This document shows, piece after piece, positions 57,375 to 64,000 of a DNA stretch of 64,000 nucleotides. Origin of the DNA: Nibricoccus sp. (GTDB lineage: Bacteria > Verrucomicrobiota > Verrucomicrobiia > Opitutales > Opitutaceae); NCBI GenBank assembly GCA_047602425.1, contig JASGHG010000001.1:3104001-3168000 (forward strand), written 5' to 3'. Each line of letters begins with the position of its first letter. Positions within the stretch are counted from its first letter, which is position 1. Below the pieces are notes generated by a model that was not told where the DNA came from, did not search any database, and saw only the letters and a list, made by a program, of their open reading frames with translations. A program made the translations under genes and the position numbers.

Positions 57375-59744
57375 CTATTCCGCGCGCAGGGCTTCGATGG
57401 GATTGACCTTGGTGGCGCGATGCGCGGGGAGAAAGGCGGCGATGGCGGCCGCCGAGGCAAGGACCGCGGTCGCGACCGCGTAGCTCAAGAGATCGTGAGT
57501 TCCCGTCTCATAAAGCATCGCAGCGAGCAATCGGCTGCCGAGGAGAGCCATGGCGATCCCTATGATCGTTCCGAGCGCAACAAGTCGCAGGCCTTGGCCG
57601 ACGACGAGACGGAGAATGTCACCAGCCTGTGCACCGATTGCGACGCGAATGCCAAATTCACGCGTGCGCTGCTGCACGGTGAAAGCAACCACGCCGTAGA
57701 TCCCAAGGGTTGCGAGGACCAGCGACGTGATCGCGAAGCCGCCTAGCAAGGCGGTGACGAAACGCTCGCGATCCACGCTTTCGGCGCGAACTTCGTTCAT
57801 CGTTCTGATCCAGAACACCGGCACGGAGGAATCGACGTTTTTAACGATGCTACGAATAGTGGGAATTAACGGTTCGGTTGATTTCGAGGAACGAACCACC
57901 ATCGCCATCGGGCCATAGATGAATCGATGCATCGACCAATAGAATGTGGGGGGTGGTTCGGTACCCAGACTTTTGCTGCGCACGTCGCCGACGACACCGA
58001 TCACCGTCAGTTGGTTTGTTCCGGAGCGAGGTGTCTCGATATGGCGACCCACCGGGTCTTCGTCACCGAAAAGCGCTCGTGCAAGCGAGGCTGATAACAC
58101 GACCGACTGCCGGGCTTGCTCGGGTGATAGGCCCGCAAAGGAACGACCTCGGAGCAGGGGAATCTGCATGGCGTCGAAATAGCCCCCGTCCACCAAGCGC
58201 CAATTCGATTGGATCGATTGCCCGGTGGCGAGCAGTGTAGGACCGACCGGGAAGACGGGGTTACTGGTATTTCCTTCGCCAAGCGGAAGGCTGCTGACCA
58301 AACCAACTCCGGCTACGTCAGGCAGAGCAGCGACACGCGCAGTGACTTGTTCGTAGAAAGCAACGGCATTCGCTCGGTCTCGCGGCCGCACGGCAACGGA
58401 TACGACGCCTTCGGTCGCAAAACCCGGGTTTACCTTTATCAATCGCCAGAAACTGAGAACGAGCATGGAGGCGCCGATGAGCAGCGAAAGCGAAAGGGCC
58501 AACTGGGACACCACCATCGTGTCGCGCAATCGTGAACCGTGTCCTGAGCGAGGCCCGCGCCCCTTCAACGCAGCTTGTGGGCGTGTCAGGGAGGCCTTGA
58601 GCGCGGGTCCGATTCCGGCCAGGCAACCCGCGATCAAGGTAGTGCCACAAGTCGCAACCAGAACGCGAGCATCGATGGAAATTTCTGTCGCGCGAGGGAG
58701 ATTTGCCGATTGTAATAGGTTCACGGCCCAACGCGCGAGAAACACGCCGAGGAGGCCACCAGCCGCCGTGAGCGTGAGACTTTCGACGATGAGTTGACGA
58801 ACTATTTGCCAGCGGGTAGCGCCCAATGCTGTGCGAATGGCGATTTCGTGGGCTCGGTTGGAAGCTCGCACGAGCAAAAGATTGGAGAGATTTGCGCAGG
58901 CGATGAGCAGCAGGAGAATGACTGCTCCGAGCAGGACGAAGAGATTGGTGCGCAATCCCGAGCCCACGACCTCACTTGAAAGCGGGATCGTTTCAATGCT
59001 CCAACTGCGATCTGCCTCGGGAAAACCCGCATACAACTGAGTCATGATAGTCTTTAGTTCGGCATTGGCTTGTTGAAGGCTGACGCCGGGCTTGAGCCGC
59101 CCATAGACATCGAAGTCGTGGTCATAGCGACGATCGGCTCGGGGGGCGGCGCCAAGCGGAATAGCGATTTCAAGATCGCCGGGGAAAAACGCTTTTGCCG
59201 GCATTACTCCCACCACCGTGTAACTTGCCCCATCGAGATTGAACGACTGTCCGATGATATCCGGCCTGCCACCGAAGTGCCGTTGCCAGAAACCGTGACT
59301 GAGGATCGCGACCTGATTGTGGCCGGGCCGATCTTCTTCATCGAGAAAACCCCGACCGAGAAAGGGAGGAATGCCGAGCGTCGGCAGCAGATTGGCCGTC
59401 ATAGCGTGGACGTGCACGAACTTTGGTTCGGTGCCTCCGGTGAGATTCATTGCGCGCCAAGTCACGGTGCCGAGCGACTCCCAGCTATGACTTTGGTCGC
59501 GCCAATCGCAATAGTCGCGATAGGACGCGGCGAATCTCGAAACTTTTCTTGGCAGATTGGTTTCATAGACCACCGCCAAGCGGTCTGATGCTGGCAGTGG
59601 CACCGGGAGTAATACGAGAGCGTTGACGGCGCTGAACATCGCGGTCGTGGCGCCGATACCGATGGCAACGATCAGGATCGCGACCGCGGTGAAGCCGGGC
59701 GTTTTCGCGAGTGATCGCAGCGCGAAGCGTAGGTCGGAGAGCAT
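57375..59744 (-). CDS. Duplicated MacB/FtsX ABC permease (ADOP type)
   Basis: DLRFALRSL.K.PGF, LLIACANLSNL, EIAIR.ALGA and P.EALRAE motifs. Confidence 0.93.
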   Translation of the reverse strand: MLSDLRFALRSLAKTPGFTAVAILIVAIGIGATTAMFSAVNALVLLPVPLPASDRLAVVYETNLPRKVSRFAASYRDYCDWRDQSHSWESLGTVTWRAMNLTGGTEPKFVHVHAMTANLLPTLGIPPFLGRGFLDEEDRPGHNQVAILSHGFWQRHFGGRPDIIGQSFNLDGASYTVVGVMPAKAFFPGDLEIAIPLGAAPRADRRYDHDFDVYGRLKPGVSLQQANAELKTIMTQLYAGFPEADRSWSIETIPLSSEVVGSGLRTNLFVLLGAVILLLLIACANLSNLLLVRASNRAHEIAIRTALGATRWQIVRQLIVESLTLTAAGGLLGVFLARWAVNLLQSANLPRATEISIDARVLVATCGTTLIAGCLAGIGPALKASLTRPQAALKGRGPRSGHGSRLRDTMVVSQLALSLSLLIGASMLVLSFWRLIKVNPGFATEGVVSVAVRPRDRANAVAFYEQVTARVAALPDVAGVGLVSSLPLGEGNTSNPVFPVGPTLLATGQSIQSNWRLVDGGYFDAMQIPLLRGRSFAGLSPEQARQSVVLSASLARALFGDEDPVGRHIETPRSGTNQLTVIGVVGDVRSKSLGTEPPPTFYWSMHRFIYGPMAMVVRSSKSTEPLIPTIRSIVKNVDSSVPVFWIRTMNEVRAESVDRERFVTALLGGFAITSLVLATLGIYGVVAFTVQQRTREFGIRVAIGAQAGDILRLVVGQGLRLVALGTIIGIAMALLGSRLLAAMLYETGTHDLLSYAVATAVLASAAAIAAFLPAHRATKVNPIEALRAE

Positions 59745-59749
59745 TTTAA

Positions 59750-59827
59750 GTTGAAGTTGAAAGATTAGGTTTAGGAACTGATGGTGGTTTCGGTTTGGAT
59801 GCTTAAACCTCAACTTTTCGCTTCAAC
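59750..59827. repeat. Imperfect inverted repeat built from short GTTGAA/TTAGG-like units
   Basis: 59750-59775 and 59802-59827 are complementary at 20/26 positions. Confidence 0.55.
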
Positions 59828-59840
59828 TGCGCCGAAGGCG

Positions 59841-62267
59841 CTATTCAGCCCGGAGGGCATCGACGGGGTTGGTGCGGGCGGCGCGGAGGGAGGGGAGCAG
59901 GAGCGCGAGAAACACGACGGCGAGGATGACGCTCGCGGTGGCAAGCAAGACGAACAGGTTCATTGGACCAATTCCGAAAAGCAGGCTGCGCATGGCGAAG
60001 CCTGCCGCCCACGTTCCGACGACGCCGAGCAGCAGGCCGGCGAGGAGCAAACCAACGCCAAGAGCCATGAATTGGGAAAGCACCTGGCGTGGTTGTGCGC
60101 TGAGGGCCATGCGCACTCCGATCTCGCGTTTGCGTTGATCGACCGCGTAGGCGAGCACGCCGTAAGTGCCGAGCGCGGCGAGGAGAAGGGCGACCATTGA
60201 AAACAACGCCGCGAGAACGGCGGGCGAGCGACGTGCGACGAGGCTGTCATCGATGCGGGAACGCAGCGGGCGCAGATCGTCGACGGGTTGGCCCGGGTCG
60301 ATTTCCAGGACAGCTTTGCGCACGGCCGAGGCCAGGGCCTCGGGCGGGAGAGCGGTGCGGACAAGCACGGAATAGGAAAAGGCGCCATCGATCGGGAAGT
60401 AGACGGCGCCGTGGCCGCCTTCCTCGGTGAGCGCGCCCTGTTTCACTTCACCCACCACGCCGACTATGGTGATGGCGTTTTGTTCGGTCAAGCTGGTGCC
60501 CGTCGTGAGCTTGCGTCCGATTGGATCGGCTTCCGGCCAATAGCGTTGAGCAAAGGCTTGGTCGATCACGCAGACCCGGGCGGTCCGACGTACGTCGCTG
60601 TCCTCCAGATAGCGGCCACGCAGGAGGGGGATCTGCATGGCCTGCCAATAGCCGGGCGAGACTTGGGATAGATAGTGCGCTTGGAGGGGTTTGCCGGTTT
60701 CTGGAAGATTCCCCTCGACGGCTACGGCGCTGTTATTCGTGCTTTGGGTGAAGGGAAGACCATTGGAAACGGCGGCATCGGTCACGCCGGGGACAGAGCG
60801 AAGTTTGAGCAAAAGGCGCTCGCAGAAAGCGAGACGGGCTTCGTTCGTCTGATAGTATTTCCACGGAAAGGTAATTTGTCCGCAGAGAACATTGTCGGCG
60901 GAAAAGCCCGAGGAGGTGGCGAGGATACGTTCGAGGCTCCGGCTGAGCAGGCCCGCGCTGGACAGCAGCACGAAAGAGAGCGCGATCTGCGCGACGATAA
61001 ACGTGTGACGCAGGCGCAGGGCGGCACGGGTGGTGGTGCCGCCGCGGGTTTCCGCCTGAAGCGCCACAGCGAGACGCGCGCGGAAGTTGTACCAAACAAT
61101 TGGTATACCGAGAACGATTCCAAGTACGAGCGAAGCCGCGACGCCAACAGCGGCGAGTTGAGGATCGAAAACAATTTGTGTTCCGAGAGGAAGTTTATCG
61201 GTGCCGAGAAACCGGAGAAGATCGATGCCGACGGAACCCACCAGAAGCCCAGCCAGGCCGCCGGCGGTGGTGAGCAGGCAGGTCTCAAGCAGAACCTCGA
61301 TGGCCACGTGGCGTCGACGAGCACCGAGCGCCTGACGCACGGCCAGATCCTTGAGGCGGCCACTGGCGCGGATGAGCAGAAGGTTGGTCAGATTAACAAC
61401 GGCTATAACCAGGAGAAAGAGACCACCGGCTTGAAGAAGCACGAGTGTCGGCTTGATCGATTGCACGTGATCTCCATGGAGAGAAACGACCTTGGTATTG
61501 TACCCGGCGCCCTTGACGATTTGCGCCAACGGATCGTCGGCCAGCTGGCGGACATTAAAGGCGTCGATTTGGGCTTGGGCGTTTTCAATGGTTGAGCCTG
61601 GAGCCAACCGCGCGATCATCTGCCAGTTATTACTGTGGCGGTTTTGAATCTCGCGCTGAGAGGGTTCGTGGGAGGCGGGACGGAAGAATTTCGGCTGATG
61701 CGAAAGGTATCGGAAACCCGGCGGCAGGACGCCGATCACCGTCACGGAGAGTCCATCATTGAGAAAAGTGCGACCCAGGATGTGAGGATCGCCGTTGAAC
61801 TGACTGCGCCAGAAATCGTCGGTGAGAATTGCGACGAGATCCGTCTGGTAGGTGAGTTCGGCGTCGGTAAAAGTCCGGCCCAAAGCCAGCGGCACGCCAA
61901 GGGTTCGGAAAAATTCAGGCGAAACGCGGGCGGAGTCGATGCGGTTAGGCGAATGACCGTCTCCGACGATAAAGCTGGCATCCTGATAAATCGCGACTGA
62001 CGTGAGTGAGGAGAGTGCGCCCCGACGTTCGAAATAGTTCGGTATCGATGCTTCGGAGCGGGTCACGCCGGCGCCGGGATAGGCGTTGTAGAGCGTGACC
62101 AGGCGATTTGGTTCGGGAAATGGCAGCGACCGAACGAGAATCGCGTCCACAACGGCGAAAATGGCGAGATTGGTCCCGAGACAGAGGGCCAGGGTGGCGA
62201 TTGCCGTGCCAGTAAATCCGGGGGTCTTGGCAAGCTGCCGGAAGGCCTGACGAATGGCGATGAACAT
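59841..62267 (-). CDS. Duplicated MacB/FtsX ABC permease (ADOP type)
   Basis: Same signature architecture, ending DALRAE. Confidence 0.93.
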   Translation of the reverse strand: MFIAIRQAFRQLAKTPGFTGTAIATLALCLGTNLAIFAVVDAILVRSLPFPEPNRLVTLYNAYPGAGVTRSEASIPNYFERRGALSSLTSVAIYQDASFIVGDGHSPNRIDSARVSPEFFRTLGVPLALGRTFTDAELTYQTDLVAILTDDFWRSQFNGDPHILGRTFLNDGLSVTVIGVLPPGFRYLSHQPKFFRPASHEPSQREIQNRHSNNWQMIARLAPGSTIENAQAQIDAFNVRQLADDPLAQIVKGAGYNTKVVSLHGDHVQSIKPTLVLLQAGGLFLLVIAVVNLTNLLLIRASGRLKDLAVRQALGARRRHVAIEVLLETCLLTTAGGLAGLLVGSVGIDLLRFLGTDKLPLGTQIVFDPQLAAVGVAASLVLGIVLGIPIVWYNFRARLAVALQAETRGGTTTRAALRLRHTFIVAQIALSFVLLSSAGLLSRSLERILATSSGFSADNVLCGQITFPWKYYQTNEARLAFCERLLLKLRSVPGVTDAAVSNGLPFTQSTNNSAVAVEGNLPETGKPLQAHYLSQVSPGYWQAMQIPLLRGRYLEDSDVRRTARVCVIDQAFAQRYWPEADPIGRKLTTGTSLTEQNAITIVGVVGEVKQGALTEEGGHGAVYFPIDGAFSYSVLVRTALPPEALASAVRKAVLEIDPGQPVDDLRPLRSRIDDSLVARRSPAVLAALFSMVALLLAALGTYGVLAYAVDQRKREIGVRMALSAQPRQVLSQFMALGVGLLLAGLLLGVVGTWAAGFAMRSLLFGIGPMNLFVLLATASVILAVVFLALLLPSLRAARTNPVDALRAE

Positions 62268-62288
62268 AGTGGTGGTGAATGGTTTTTG

Positions 62289-63998
62289 TTATTCCGACCG
62301 CAATGCCACGCACGGGTCGGCGAGCATGGCGCGGCGGGCGGGAACGAGGGCAGCGACGATGGCGATGGCGGCGAGCAGGAATGGCACGGCGACAAACGTC
62401 ACGAAATCGAATGGACTGACGCCGTAGAGAAAACCGGCGAGCAAGCGGCTGACGGCGACGGCCAATGCCAGTCCGAGGGCAATGCCCCAACCGGCGAGCG
62501 CGAGACCGGTTTTGAGCACAAGCGACAACAGACTGCGCGGCGTGGCGCCGAGGGCGAGGCGCAGGCCAAACTCGCGCATGCGTTCGCCGACAGCGAACGC
62601 CATTACCGCGTAGACACCCAGCGCGGCGAGGACGAGCGCGAGAATTCCCATCGCCGTGAGCAGACGTGAGGCGAGCATGGGGGCTGTGAACGCCGCCTTC
62701 ATGTAGTCGCGCATTGGCAGTGTGACCCAGATTTCCACTTCAGGATCGACCCTGCGCATCTCATTTCTCAGCGCCTGTACGAAAGCGGCGGGATCGCCTT
62801 CTGTGCGGATAGCAAGCCCGAGGTCGAGGTCGCGGATGCCCTGCAGATAGGGCGTGAAAAACATTGGCTGCGCAGGTTCGTTGATGGAGTAGTATTTCCC
62901 GGTTTTCGCGATCCCTACGACGGTGAGCCACCGGTTTCCATCTTTGAAACGGCGGCCGAGTGCATTTTGTCCGGCCCAGAAACGCTGCGCCATCGCTTCA
63001 TTGATGATGGCGACAGGTTCGGCGTTACCGTTGTCATGATTTGTAAGCTCGCGGCCCTGCAGCAGGGGGCTTTTCATCGTGGCAAAGTAGTCCGGCGAAA
63101 TCCGGACGATGGGCACGGAAAGATCCTCGCCGGGTTTGGGTTGATAGCCCTCTGGAAGTGGGGCGTGACTGCCGCCGCGTTCGAAACCGAGGGGGAACCA
63201 GTTGGCAAGAGCAACTGAAGTCACGCCTGGTACGGTCGCAAGATGCTGCTGTAATTTTTGGTAGTAGATCTTGCCAGTTTCCTCGGTGTAGCCGCTCATA
63301 CCGATCCGCAGACCAACGATCAGCATGTGATCCGGGTTGAAACCAACATCGGCGTGCTGCGCCTGTTTGGCGCTGCTTATACACAGGCCTGCTCCCACAA
63401 GCAGGGTGAGCGACAACGCGATCTCGGAAACGACAAAGATGTCACGCAACCTCCGATGGCTGCGTCCGCTGCCCGCGCCGCGTCCACCTTCTTTGAGCGT
63501 GCCATTGAGGTCTGGACGCGAACATTGCCAGGCGGGCACAAGGCCAAAAATGAAACCAGTTGCCAGTGCTAAACACGCAGCAAACGCGAAGGTGCGCCCA
63601 TTGATGGCCATGTCGAGCCCGACCGGCAGATTGGTGGGAGGCATCATGGCCTTTAGCAGGTCGACCATCCAGAACGTGGCAACCATGCCGAGCGCGCCGC
63701 CGATGAGGGAAAGTACGATGCTTTCAACGAGCAGTTGTCGTAGGAGTTGCAGACGGCTGGCTCCGACGGCGAGGCGGATGGCAATCTCTTTTTGTCGTTC
63801 GCTGCCACGGGCCAGCAGAAGATTTGCGACATTGGCGGCCACAATCAGCAGCACGCCGAAGCTTACTACTAAAAGGATGCGCAAGGCGGGCAGCATGATG
63901 GGCTGAATTCCGTAAGGCGCTTGCGCAAATGTCCGGAGCTGGTGCGTCATATCCGTATTGGTGCGCGGATATGTTTTCTCGAGTTGTCCGGATAAAAC
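62289..63998 (-). CDS. Duplicated MacB/FtsX ABC permease (5' end outside window)
   Basis: ANVANLLLAR, EIAIRLAVGA, ends ALRSE; frame open to the window edge. Confidence 0.92.
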   Translation of the reverse strand, partial: VLSGQLEKTYPRTNTDMTHQLRTFAQAPYGIQPIMLPALRILLVVSFGVLLIVAANVANLLLARGSERQKEIAIRLAVGASRLQLLRQLLVESIVLSLIGGALGMVATFWMVDLLKAMMPPTNLPVGLDMAINGRTFAFAACLALATGFIFGLVPAWQCSRPDLNGTLKEGGRGAGSGRSHRRLRDIFVVSEIALSLTLLVGAGLCISSAKQAQHADVGFNPDHMLIVGLRIGMSGYTEETGKIYYQKLQQHLATVPGVTSVALANWFPLGFERGGSHAPLPEGYQPKPGEDLSVPIVRISPDYFATMKSPLLQGRELTNHDNGNAEPVAIINEAMAQRFWAGQNALGRRFKDGNRWLTVVGIAKTGKYYSINEPAQPMFFTPYLQGIRDLDLGLAIRTEGDPAAFVQALRNEMRRVDPEVEIWVTLPMRDYMKAAFTAPMLASRLLTAMGILALVLAALGVYAVMAFAVGERMREFGLRLALGATPRSLLSLVLKTGLALAGWGIALGLALAVAVSRLLAGFLYGVSPFDFVTFVAVPFLLAAIAIVAALVPARRAMLADPCVALRSE

Positions 63999-64000
63999 GC

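Overview
GC-rich bacterial chromosomal segment. It is most consistent with an Opitutaceae (Verrucomicrobiota) genome; this is inferred from gene content (type II glutamine synthetase, ADOP-type permease array, short HemA, TMTC-like GT-C/TPR gene) and from mostly pyrimidine-rich, SD-less leaders. Contents in order: end of tpiA; O-antigen ligase/TPR, FecR and CHASE2 adenylate cyclase genes; deacetylase; amn; lipB-GT-C/TPR-lipA; MgtC; rlmF; a convergent lipid-related neighbourhood (amidohydrolase, PlsC and SMS-like PAP2 facing MarR, membrane protein, B12 radical SAM, Aas and hydrolase); a ThrE exporter pair; a propeller hybrid kinase; a mini-kinase/PP2C/gamma-glutamyl cyclotransferase operon divergent from a sigma54-type promoter driving GSII; a LOV-containing kinase cluster; an IS3/DUF2971 scar; a SNF2 helicase carrying in-frame repeat-element insertions; an MNIO (DUF692) bufferin-type RiPP cluster with an ECF sigma/anti-sigma pair; hemA with a ccsA/hemX-like gene; a GH9 + GH48 cellulase pair sharing a duplicated Ig-Ig-CBM64 tail; TPR; GNAT; and three tandem ABC permeases. 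I recognised no rRNA, tRNA or CRISPR array. The best candidates for undescribed biology are the kinase/phosphatase/cyclotransferase module facing GSII, the GH48/GH9 system in this lineage, the REP-like elements translated inside SNF2, and the MarR-linked B12 radical SAM lipid locus. All family calls come from motif recognition by eye, not database searches.
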